DNA from: Candidatus Multivoradales bacterium
GTDB taxonomy: Bacteria > Acidobacteriota > Thermoanaerobaculia > Multivoradales > J023
Assembly (NCBI GenBank): GCA_965248925.1
Contig: CBDFLE010000006.1
Location: 1,760,001-1,824,000, forward strand
Length of the DNA: 64,000 bases
Direction: 5' to 3'
Shown: one piece after another, positions 19,394 to 27,792 of the stretch
Layout of the letters: every line of letters begins with the position of its first letter
Numbering within the stretch: position 1 is the stretch's first letter
Translations under genes and position numbers: made by a program
The notes under the pieces: model-generated
Seen by the model: only the letters and a program-made list of their open reading frames with translations
What the model was told of the DNA's origin: nothing
Database searches by the model: none

Positions 19394-21868
19394 TCAAGGC
19401 ACCGAGGCGGTCCACTCGCTGGTGTTACCAGACTCGAAGCCATCGGTGAAGATCAACTCGGGATTCTCGCCCACGAACACCGTCGCGTCTGTCGACACCC
19501 CACCTTGACGGGTGACCATGAACATGCGGTAGGTGCTAGTGCCCGCTGGCATCACAGCCGTAGAACCAGCCGAGTTGCCGGATAGGATCACACTGCGATC
19601 CACCGACTGGTGCAGGAAGCTGCCGGCCAGGATAGACCACGACAAGGTAGAAACCTCACCCAGATCGATCGACACCGGCGAGGCTTGGAAATCGGCGTTG
19701 GGCACCGCCCCCGTATTGACCGTCGCCAGAAAGTCTTCCGTGCCTCCGACCGTCAAGGTGTGGGTGCCCACGCCGGTGCTCTGGAAGGCCGCCGCGCCAC
19801 CACCGATGGCGCCACCGTCCAGGGTGGCGCTGGCGCCGCTCCAGGCATAGCCCAAGAATGACTCGGTAGAACTCGCCAGATCGTCGGCAGCCACCAGGTT
19901 GATGATCGCCAGCGGTGCCGCCAGCAATGCCCCCATCACCGGCGCCGAGCCGGCGGTGATGCTATTGACCTGCGATTTGTCAGTGTTGGCTGCCCCAGTG
20001 CGGGTCACCACCAAGCTGTCGAGTTCAGCAGCAGTAGCCGCCCCTGCCAAACCATTGCGGAAGATATCCCCACCGAAAGTGTTGTTGAAGAAGGTGTTGC
20101 CGTTGTAGCGAATGTCGTTGATCGGCCCGTTGTGCTGATCACCTTCTGAGATCGGCAGACCGATGCTGCTCGAGAAGGCTGAGTTGGCGATCGTGCCGGT
20201 GGCGCCAACCGCTGGACTCAACAACACTCCACTGTGCATGTCGGCGCCGTGGGATTGGAATAAGCCTTCGCTGACGCCGGGACTGACCTCGTTGTCGAAA
20301 AACTGACAGCTATCGACGTCGATCGTCGCCCCCTGCACATAGAGCGCGCCGCCAAATGTATTGGCGCTGTTGCGGGCAAAGGTCGTGTTGGTGACCGTGG
20401 CATCGGTTTCGAACACCACCCACAAGCCACCACCAGAGCTACCCGCGCCACTGGTATCGCCGCGCTGTAGCAGGGAGTCTTCGATGGTCATATCGGTGAG
20501 ATAAGCATGGATGGCGCCACCAGCTACCGCTACGTCACAATCATCAAAGATGACGTTCTGCAGCAGGGTGAAGGCACGGTGGAGCGGCGCGTTAGGGGTT
20601 GCCGGCACACCGCCGAGGCCATATTGGCGGTTGCCGTCGCCGATGGTCGACAGGCAGCCACCCTTCTGGCCGACCTCACCAACCCCATCGAAACGCCCTT
20701 GGATGAAGGTGTTACGCACCGTCAGGTTGGCGGTCCGCCGGTTCACTCCCACATCCAATGGCGTGTCGTTGGAGATGATTGAGATGCCGCCGCCGATACC
20801 TCGATTGCCGGTGCCGGTCGCCTGGTTGCCGCGCAACACCGAGTCGTCGATGGTGACGATCGCCCGGTAGAGATTGACCCCGCCGCCGTTCTCGGAGCGG
20901 TTCTTCTCAAAACGGGAACTGTGAATCCGGATCGTCGTCTGGTTCTCGGCATGCACCGCGCCACCCTCGGTGGCGGTGGGCGGGGTCACGCTTTCGTCCG
21001 GCAGGTTGAAATTCTCTATGAAAGTGCAGTTGGCGATCGTCACATCTGCGGACGGCGTGGTCACCGGGGTTTGCCAGGTGCCGATGGCATAGACCGCGCC
21101 GCCGGCAAAACCAGATTGGTTATCGACGAAACGCGAGTTGGTCAGCCGCAGCGTCGAGTCGACCACCGAGATCGCGCCGCCGGCCGAGGTGTTGCGATGG
21201 CCTGGCGGATTGGTCCGGTTGCTGAGGAATACCGAGTCGTGAACGTAGGCCACCGAGTCCACCGACAGCCAGATCGCACCGCCGGCATTGTTGGCGACGT
21301 TGTTCTCGAAGCGAGTACCGCGGACGTGCAGCTCCGAGTTTCGTGCCGCGAACACCGCCCCACCACCGGTGCTGGGCACCGCGGTGGTGTTGTCCTCGAA
21401 CACGCAGTCGATGAACGAAGCTTCGCCGTCGCGCATGGTGATCGCGCCACCGATCGCATCGGTGGTCGATCGGCCGTCGCGGAAGGTAATGCCTTCGAAA
21501 ACCACCCCGCCACGCAGCGCCACATTGACCGTGCGGTAGACCACGATCGGCCGCGTGCCACCACCGCTCAGCACCACATTGGCGCCGGCCGCGGCGCGCA
21601 CCGTGAAACGCTTATTGACATCACTGATCAGCGTCCCCCCGGCCGGTGCCAGGTAAGTGCCGCCGGCAATTTCGATGGTACCGCCATCAACCACCGCCGC
21701 GATGGCACTCTGCAACGTGGGGTGATCAGCCGGAATATGGATGGTCTGAGCGCCCGCTGGCGCCGCAAAAACTGCCGCCGCCAGCACCGCCACCGTGAAC
21801 ACTACCGCCACCCCGGTAACAACCGGGGAAGCAGCCAACAACTCTCTCCTTGAGGAATCTCTCACCAC
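19394..21868 (-). CDS. secreted right-handed beta-helix (Pmp-repeat) surface protein with C-terminal IFTDGFESG tail
   Basis: Signal peptide ending APAGA; many FxxN and GGA(I/V/L) repeats; ends ELIFTDGFESGNTSEWTASVP; start codon uncertain (21868 chosen from RBS). Confidence 0.85.
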   Translation of the reverse strand: MVRDSSRRELLAASPVVTGVAVVFTVAVLAAAVFAAPAGAQTIHIPADHPTLQSAIAAVVDGGTIEIAGGTYLAPAGGTLISDVNKRFTVRAAAGANVVLSGGGTRPIVVYRTVNVALRGGVVFEGITFRDGRSTTDAIGGAITMRDGEASFIDCVFEDNTTAVPSTGGGAVFAARNSELHVRGTRFENNVANNAGGAIWLSVDSVAYVHDSVFLSNRTNPPGHRNTSAGGAISVVDSTLRLTNSRFVDNQSGFAGGAVYAIGTWQTPVTTPSADVTIANCTFIENFNLPDESVTPPTATEGGAVHAENQTTIRIHSSRFEKNRSENGGGVNLYRAIVTIDDSVLRGNQATGTGNRGIGGGISIISNDTPLDVGVNRRTANLTVRNTFIQGRFDGVGEVGQKGGCLSTIGDGNRQYGLGGVPATPNAPLHRAFTLLQNVIFDDCDVAVAGGAIHAYLTDMTIEDSLLQRGDTSGAGSSGGGLWVVFETDATVTNTTFARNSANTFGGALYVQGATIDVDSCQFFDNEVSPGVSEGLFQSHGADMHSGVLLSPAVGATGTIANSAFSSSIGLPISEGDQHNGPINDIRYNGNTFFNNTFGGDIFRNGLAGAATAAELDSLVVTRTGAANTDKSQVNSITAGSAPVMGALLAAPLAIINLVAADDLASSTESFLGYAWSGASATLDGGAIGGGAAAFQSTGVGTHTLTVGGTEDFLATVNTGAVPNADFQASPVSIDLGEVSTLSWSILAGSFLHQSVDRSVILSGNSAGSTAVMPAGTSTYRMFMVTRQGGVSTDATVFVGENPELIFTDGFESGNTSEWTASVP

Positions 21869-21975
21869 CGTGTCTCCACTCTCTCTGTCCAGATGAATAG
21901 TGTCCTTGCACCGATGCGAATCCCCATGCCCAGCCACGCCGAGCCGAAGAAGAACGACCTCTTCCCATGCTAGAA

Positions 21976-21991
21976 AGCAATAAACACGCCA
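21976..21991 (-). promoter_or_regulatory. sigma54 (-24/-12) promoter
   Basis: Minus strand TGGCGTGTTTATTGCT fits TGGC-N7-TTGCW, ~110 bp upstream of the beta-helix gene. Confidence 0.7.
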
Positions 21992-22061
21992 GTCAGGTGG
22001 CCACCTCGAAGCCGTGGTTGATTGCCCAGAAACTATGCCTACAGAGAGACAACACTCTAGA

Positions 22062-22074
22062 TATCAGTATTTTA
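22062..22074. promoter_or_regulatory. putative IHF site
   Basis: TATCAGTATTTTA fits WATCARNNNNTTR and lies between the sigma54 site and the upstream palindrome. Confidence 0.5.
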
Positions 22075-22147
22075 CACTGACGCGATCAGTCCAAGATCAG
22101 AGTTCAGGCTCAACACGAAACCAGCACATCATTCTATTTAAATAAAC

Positions 22148-22176
22148 AAATGTCAATAAATGTCACTTGCGTGACA
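22148..22176. promoter_or_regulatory. putative enhancer (bEBP binding site)
   Basis: AAATGTCA direct repeat plus palindrome TGTCAC-TTGC-GTGACA in an AT-rich patch, ~170 bp upstream of the sigma54 site. Confidence 0.55.
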
Positions 22177-22203
22177 CCCATCCGTCCTCCTCGCCACTCT
22201 CTC

Positions 22204-23439
22204 TCAGGGCCGCTTTCCCGCCCATTGCCGGAGGTCGCCGTTCTCGAAGCCATCGGCGAAGATCGCCCCCGGCTCGGCACCATCCGCGGCCACTAGCAAG
22301 TGGCGCAACAGCACCGGATCGCCGAAGAAGCGTTCCGCCACTTCAAGCACCACGATATCGGGCTGCTCCTTCTCGATCAGCCGATAAGGCAGGCGCATGC
22401 CGGGATTGAAGACCACGCGAACGAAGTGCTCAGCGAGGTAGGGCTTGAGTCGATCGCCGAAAGAGTCGACCGCCATCACCGCTCGCAAGCGCTGCTCTGG
22501 GGCCTCGAAGACCTCCAGCGCCAACCCCCGTCTGGGGTCTGGCCGCACCGACTTCACGCGGCGAGCTGCGGGATTGGCGAGAGTTAGTTGTAAGACCTCC
22601 TCGCGGGCCTGGTTGCGAGTCCCCATGAACAACGATAGATCGCCACCGAGCTTGACCTTGGGAGCGCTGGTGAACGCCGCCAAGGGAAGAGGCTGGAGTT
22701 GGGGAAAATAGCGCCCCAGGATCTTGATCCACTCACGATAAGCAACGAACTCGCCCAGCGGACTCCAATGCGTATCGTAGCGGCGATACACCTGCCAGCC
22801 AGCTTGCTTGGCCTGCAGCAAGGCGGGCCGCATGTCGACCACAGGCACCTCTGAATGTGCCGCCAGGTGCTCAACCAATTGATCCAGGGGGGACTGCCGC
22901 CATAGGGGTCGCGCGGCGGCGGGCAGGTACTCCGGATAGATGGTGTGCTTGTTTGGCGCGACCACCAACACGAAAAGAGCACCCCGCTGACGACAGGCCT
23001 GGTAGTGAGTTTCGAGAGCCTGCCGCCAAATTTCCAACCGAGTATCGCTCAGCGGCCGCATGCGTTGGTAGTCGATCAGCGGCGAGCCGGCGAGGTACAG
23101 CCAGCCCTGCCGACCGATCGACGCCTTGGGCACCGGCGAAACACCCAGCAGCCGCCGCTTGATCCAGTGGTGACCGACGATCAACGGCTGCCGCAAGCTA
23201 AAGTGGTCCTTGTAGTAGGCATCGAAACGCCGCGGGTAGTGCGCCAGTTGGTGGGCATCGGTCGGCGGTGCCGGCCGCTTCGTCTTGCGCCGCTTTTCGA
23301 CCAGGCGCACCCCCGAATCGAAACCCACCAAACCAGCCACCCACGGTGCACCGACCACCAAGGTGAAGCACAGCACCAAAAGCACCCGCCAGCGGTGCTG
23401 GCCGGCAGCTCGATCCTTGCTGGGAAGTTCCGACCGCAT
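22204..23439 (-). CDS. AlgJ/AlgX-like SGNH polysaccharide O-acetyltransferase with C-terminal IFADGFENG tail
   Basis: N-terminal TM; DHFSLR, GRQGWLYL, APNKHTIYPEYLP, DTHWS, DSF motifs. Confidence 0.85.
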   Translation of the reverse strand: MRSELPSKDRAAGQHRWRVLLVLCFTLVVGAPWVAGLVGFDSGVRLVEKRRKTKRPAPPTDAHQLAHYPRRFDAYYKDHFSLRQPLIVGHHWIKRRLLGVSPVPKASIGRQGWLYLAGSPLIDYQRMRPLSDTRLEIWRQALETHYQACRQRGALFVLVVAPNKHTIYPEYLPAAARPLWRQSPLDQLVEHLAAHSEVPVVDMRPALLQAKQAGWQVYRRYDTHWSPLGEFVAYREWIKILGRYFPQLQPLPLAAFTSAPKVKLGGDLSLFMGTRNQAREEVLQLTLANPAARRVKSVRPDPRRGLALEVFEAPEQRLRAVMAVDSFGDRLKPYLAEHFVRVVFNPGMRLPYRLIEKEQPDIVVLEVAERFFGDPVLLRHLLVAADGAEPGAIFADGFENGDLRQWAGKRP

Positions 23440-23440
23440 C

Positions 23441-24865
23441 TCAGAAGCGGAAATAGATAAACGGATCATGGGTTTGAGCCGACGCCACTAGGACGCTGAG
23501 CACCAGAACAAATGTACTGGCCAGAGTCTCGACAGCAGCTAATGAAGTCGGTGACCAACCTCGGCCGCTGAGCTTCGAAAAACTGAAGCGGGCGACCGGC
23601 AGAGCAGCCACCACACCTACCACCAAGGCGACCCACAAGGGCGAATCCATGTAGAACTCCAAGCGGTGGGAATAGTCGTCGCCCCGCCGCCAACCCACCA
23701 TGCTAGCCAGCATGGCCGCCGCTCCGGCAAAGGTCTCAGCGCGAAAGAACACCCAGCCGACCATGGCCACCAGCAGAGTGTAGAGATGCCGCAGAGGCAA
23801 CGGCAGACGTTCTAGAAAGGCCCCCAATCCCAGCCGTTCGAGCACTAGAAACAGGCCATGGAAGAGTCCCCAAATGACGAAAGTCCAACTCGCTCCGTGC
23901 CACAATCCGCAGAGGAAGAAAACCAGTAGCAGATTGAAGTAGGTCCGCCTTGTCGAGCCCCGACTGCCCCCTAGCGGGATGAACAAGTAGTCGCGAAACC
24001 AGCTCGACAGCGAGATATGCCAGCGGCGCCAGAATTCGCGCACCGAGCGGGCGATGTAGGGGTAGTCAAAGTTCTCCAGAAAGCGAAAACCAAACATCCG
24101 CCCCAGACCGATCGCCATGTCCGAGTAACCAGAGAAGTCAAAGTAGATCTGCAAGGTGTAGCAGACCACCCCGAGCCAGGCCACGGCCGGCGACAAATCA
24201 GCTGCCGGCAGAGCAAAGATAGCGTCCGCCGGGCCGGCGAAAGTATTGGCCAACAGCACTTTCTTGCCCAATCCGAGAGCAAAGCGGCGCACCCCCAGAG
24301 CAAAGCCCTCGAGATCGATTCGCCGTTCAAGTAGCTGCCGGGAAACATGGCTGTAGCGCACGATCGGACCGGCGATCAACTGCGGAAAAAGGGCAATGTA
24401 GAGCGCCAGATGTACCGGCCGGCGCTGGGCCGGCACCACCCCGCGATGCACGTCGATGAGATAGGAGATTGCCTGGAAAGTGAAGAATGAGATGCCGATC
24501 GGCAAGTGAATCGACAGCTGCTCGAGCGGCTCCATGCCCAACCCCACCCACGGCACATTGAGAGCGCCGACCACAAAATCGGCGTACTTGAAAATCCCCA
24601 ACATCGTCAGGTTGAGACCCACCGCGCCACCGACCACCCAGGCGGCGCGACTGCCACCCCGCGCCCCCTCGACCCAACGGCCGAGAAAGTAGTTAGCGCC
24701 GATCGACGCCAGCATCAGCGCCAGGTAGGCGGTTTCGCCCCAGGCATAGAAAAAAAGGCTGACCAGCAGCAGCCAGAAATTACGCAGCTTCGCCGGCAGC
24801 ACAAAATGCACCACCAGCACCAGCGGCAGAAATAAGAAGAGGAAGGTTACGGAGCTGAAAACCAC
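23441..24865 (-). CDS. algI: AlgI-like MBOAT O-acyltransferase
   Basis: MVFSS..FLFLFLP, LPIGISFFTFQ, FPQLIAGPIVRY, DFSGYSDMAIG, FWRRWHISLS, GLWHGA, PFIYFRF. Confidence 0.9.
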   Translation of the reverse strand: MVFSSVTFLFLFLPLVLVVHFVLPAKLRNFWLLLVSLFFYAWGETAYLALMLASIGANYFLGRWVEGARGGSRAAWVVGGAVGLNLTMLGIFKYADFVVGALNVPWVGLGMEPLEQLSIHLPIGISFFTFQAISYLIDVHRGVVPAQRRPVHLALYIALFPQLIAGPIVRYSHVSRQLLERRIDLEGFALGVRRFALGLGKKVLLANTFAGPADAIFALPAADLSPAVAWLGVVCYTLQIYFDFSGYSDMAIGLGRMFGFRFLENFDYPYIARSVREFWRRWHISLSSWFRDYLFIPLGGSRGSTRRTYFNLLLVFFLCGLWHGASWTFVIWGLFHGLFLVLERLGLGAFLERLPLPLRHLYTLLVAMVGWVFFRAETFAGAAAMLASMVGWRRGDDYSHRLEFYMDSPLWVALVVGVVAALPVARFSFSKLSGRGWSPTSLAAVETLASTFVLVLSVLVASAQTHDPFIYFRF

Positions 24866-25102
24866 GGCGAGAGCCTCTCACCCATCGAGCCACCTACTCG
24901 GCCGGCGGCCAAACACCAGGCCACACCGCTCAATTGAGCTGAACAGCGCCTACCTTGCCCCAACTGACCACTGCCGTGCAAGCCCACTGTTCACGCTCCC
25001 CCCGCGGTCGCCATGACCACTGCGGACGACACCGCCGTCCTGGCTTGAGGCCGCTAGAACCGCCGAAGAGCACTAGAAATGCTGCAAATCACCGCCTGAT
25101 CC

Positions 25103-25118
25103 TGGCCTGGAAGTTGCA
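25103..25118 (+). promoter_or_regulatory. sigma54 (-24/-12) promoter
   Basis: TGGCCTGGAAGTTGCA, ~100 bp upstream of the PEGA gene start. Confidence 0.65.
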
Positions 25119-25218
25119 GTTGAGCCCTAGATGAGGTGTACTGAGTAGGCTCCGGTTGCCCCACCGTCCGCTGGTGAGGGTCCGTAGAAGTCCGCTCGGC
25201 CGATTAGGAGGATTAGGA

Positions 25219-26481
25219 ATGTTTCAGACACAGTCAACTTCACCACGCTCCGGCCGCGGGTCTTGGCTCGTCGGCCTAGCTGCGGTGGCACTGTGGATCG
25301 CCGCTCCGGTGTTGGCCGGCGGCCAGCTACAGCAGCGACCCAGCTCAACCAGCGCCAAGAGTTCCGGTTCATCGAGCAGTTCGTCCTCAAGCGCCCGCAG
25401 CTCTTCGGGCTCCAGCCGGTCCAGCGCTGGCAGCTCCAATCGCGGTGGTTCATCGCGCAGCAAGACCAGCTCCAACCGCGGCGGCTCTTCACGCGGCAGC
25501 GGTGGCAGCGGCGCCAAACGCAGCAGCCCAAGACCGAGCACTACCCCCTCAGGGTCGAACCGCAAGTGGCGCAACACCATCGACCATCGCTCCAACGGCG
25601 GCTCACAAGGCCGCACCCAAGCTAGCGATTCGCCCTCGCGCTACCGCGATCGCAAATGGCATCCCGACAACAACCCGAGCCGCCACAGCCCCACTCACCG
25701 CCGCAACTATGATCCCTACTATCCGTACTACGGCGGTTATCACTACGGGCACCACGGCTACTACGGCCACTACAACCCGTTCTGGAACTTCACTTTCTAC
25801 GGCAACTACCGCTACCCGGCGCCGTGGTACCCCCACCAGAGCTACGAAGGCCGAGAACTTGGCGGTCTCGATCTCAATGTGCGACCGAAATCGACCGAGG
25901 TCTACCTGAACGGCAACTTTGTCGGCGAGGCGGGCAATTTCGATGGCTACCCGCGCTATCTGTGGCTGGAAGACGGGGTCTATGAGGTGATCTTCTATTT
26001 CGAAGGCTTCGAGACCGTACTTCGTGAGATCGAGGTGGTCACCGGCGTAGTGATCGATGTGCAAGAAGACATGCAGCCGGGCCAAGCCGTGTTGCCGGAA
26101 GAGCTGTCGGCCATTCAACCGGCCGCCGACGAGCGGGTCGAAGTCGGTACCGAGTGGTGGCGCGAAGTCAGCGCCCAACCACCGCCCCAAGGCTTGGAAC
26201 CAGGCTCAGCGCCGGTGATCGACACTCGCGCCAAGCCCGGCCGGATTCGCCTGACCGTAGCGATGGATGACGCCTCGATTTACCTCGACGGTCAATTCGT
26301 CGGTACCGGTCGTGATCTGGTAGGCGGCAACGCCGCGGCCTTGCTGGTCGATGCCGGGGAGCACGTTTTGGAGATCGTCCACCCCCGTCACGAGTCACGC
26401 AAGGTGGAAGTCACCGTCGCCGCTGGCGAAGAGGTCGAAGTCGACCTCGGCCTCGGCGCCGAGCAGAGCGCCAAGCTCTAG
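25219..26481 (+). CDS. secreted PEGA-domain protein with Ser/Gly-rich and Tyr/His/Gly-rich regions
   Basis: RBS AGGAGG/AGGA; signal peptide; two PEGA-like units (VRPKSTEVYLNG..; DASIYLDGQFVG..GEHVLEI). Confidence 0.8.
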   Translation: MFQTQSTSPRSGRGSWLVGLAAVALWIAAPVLAGGQLQQRPSSTSAKSSGSSSSSSSSARSSSGSSRSSAGSSNRGGSSRSKTSSNRGGSSRGSGGSGAKRSSPRPSTTPSGSNRKWRNTIDHRSNGGSQGRTQASDSPSRYRDRKWHPDNNPSRHSPTHRRNYDPYYPYYGGYHYGHHGYYGHYNPFWNFTFYGNYRYPAPWYPHQSYEGRELGGLDLNVRPKSTEVYLNGNFVGEAGNFDGYPRYLWLEDGVYEVIFYFEGFETVLREIEVVTGVVIDVQEDMQPGQAVLPEELSAIQPAADERVEVGTEWWREVSAQPPPQGLEPGSAPVIDTRAKPGRIRLTVAMDDASIYLDGQFVGTGRDLVGGNAAALLVDAGEHVLEIVHPRHESRKVEVTVAAGEEVEVDLGLGAEQSAKL

Positions 26482-26518
26482 CAGGTTACCGCCAGACACT
26501 TCTCTCTTGCACTTCCAA

Positions 26519-26558
26519 GCCCGACGAAACTCGACCCGATTCTCGAGTTTCGCCGGGC
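26519..26558. terminator. hairpin between convergent genes
   Basis: GCCCGACGAAACTCGA / TCGAGTTTCGCCGGGC 16-bp stem with 1 mismatch; no U-tract. Confidence 0.45.
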
Positions 26559-26559
26559 A

Positions 26560-27015
26560 TTAGAGGGTGAAGGCCGATGGCTCTGGAGGGACATGGATCT
26601 TTGGGGAGTGCGAATTCCGCAACCGCTCGAAATGGACCTTGTTGAAGGTTACGAAGCCCTCAACTCCTTCAGCCTCGGCAGAGAGTAAATGGATAGCGTC
26701 GAATAGAACGCCTGAGCGGAGACCGCGCTCGCTACAACGACGAATAGCAGCTCGATAGACCGCACCGGAAACCTCAATGGGTCGGAAACTCTCAAGGATT
26801 CGGTCAACCACCAAGCTCGCGGCGGCGGGTGCAAGGCGCTGGCTTCCGGGAATCTTGGTAAGAACCGACCAGATTTCAGCGGCGGCGTGCCAAGTGATCT
26901 GAGCCTCAACTTTGCCCGAAGTTACGGCCCGCGTCCAAGGCCTCGTCCGTAAGTGGTGTTCGTGACCCTCAAGAACAGAAGCGACCAGGATCGAGGTGTC
27001 GAATGCTAGCTTCAT
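26560..27015 (-). CDS. PIN domain (VapC-like) toxin
   Basis: FDTSILVA..HEHH..EIWSVLT..FDAIH..TFNKVHF. Confidence 0.88.
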   Translation of the reverse strand: MKLAFDTSILVASVLEGHEHHLRTRPWTRAVTSGKVEAQITWHAAAEIWSVLTKIPGSQRLAPAAASLVVDRILESFRPIEVSGAVYRAAIRRCSERGLRSGVLFDAIHLLSAEAEGVEGFVTFNKVHFERLRNSHSPKIHVPPEPSAFTL

Positions 27016-27272
27016 TCCGCCGGGCCAAGGTCCTTGAGCCGTTGCTCCCGAAGCGCTCGATGATCAGGAATATCCATCGGTTCGACACCAGTGACGACCA
27101 ATAGACCGTCTTTTTCAACCAACTGCGCCTCACGGTGTTGAGGAACCAGAATCAAGCGATCAGCCTCATCGATGAGGGTCAGCCGAGACCCTGCTTCGAG
27201 GCGGTGAGCCCGCCGCACCCGCTTGGGAATCACCAGGCGGCCTGAATTGTCGATGGTAATTTCCTGTGCCAT
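27012..27272 (-). CDS. AbrB/MazE family antitoxin
   Basis: ITIDNSGRLVIPKRVR..L. Confidence 0.88.
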   Translation of the reverse strand: MAQEITIDNSGRLVIPKRVRRAHRLEAGSRLTLIDEADRLILVPQHREAQLVEKDGLLVVTGVEPMDIPDHRALREQRLKDLGPAE

Positions 27273-27295
27273 CCTGCCATGGTACCATGGCAGGA
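27272..27295. promoter_or_regulatory. perfect 24-bp palindromic operator of the TA operon
   Basis: TCCTGCCATGGTACCATGGCAGGA abuts the antitoxin ATG and contains TACCAT. Confidence 0.75.
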
Positions 27296-27357
27296 CCAAT
27301 TCCGTTACCCGCGGTCCAATTTTGGCCGCATCGACCACTACTGGTTCGCGCGGAACT

Positions 27358-27792
27358 TCAACGATCCTTCAGCCGATAGACAAACTTGTGCCCCGACCAA
27401 TCGCTGTCGATGGCGCAGACCTTGACGTCCACCAAGCCGGCCGCGAGGCCCAGCGAGCGCACTCCACCGCCATCGAGATCGCTGGCCAGGGTTGAGCTTT
27501 TCTTGGCCCACGAGATCCACAACATGCCGGCCTTGTCGAGGCGTCTTTCGAGGCGCTCCAAGGCCCCTTCTAAATCGCGGCGACAGCTGGCGAAAAAGTG
27601 AATGAACATCGCCGGCTGAGGCGGTAGGCGGCTGACGATGCGAACCCCTTCGGGCAGCGGCTCGAGCAGCTGCCGGTAGCCTTCCGGGGCGCGCAATGCC
27701 ACTACCTTGACTCCTGGCTTGATACCCAACTTCTTGGCCAGAGGCGTGCCAGAATAGCCGGCGCCAGCCCTGGCCTGTTTGGCCGGGTTCAT
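27358..27792 (-). CDS. DUF3052 family protein
   Basis: AGYSGTPLAKKLGIK..LWISWAKK..GLVDVKVCAIDSDWSG. Confidence 0.85.
   Translation of the reverse strand: MNPAKQARAGAGYSGTPLAKKLGIKPGVKVVALRAPEGYRQLLEPLPEGVRIVSRLPPQPAMFIHFFASCRRDLEGALERLERRLDKAGMLWISWAKKSSTLASDLDGGGVRSLGLAAGLVDVKVCAIDSDWSGHKFVYRLKDR

Noticed and set aside
22131-22156. sigma70 promoter TTGACA..TAGAAT on the minus strand
   Set aside because: The spacer is only 14 nt; the sigma54 enhancer interpretation fits better.
25083-25098. sigma54 site for algI on the minus strand
   Set aside because: The GG-to-GC spacing is 9 nt instead of the required 10.
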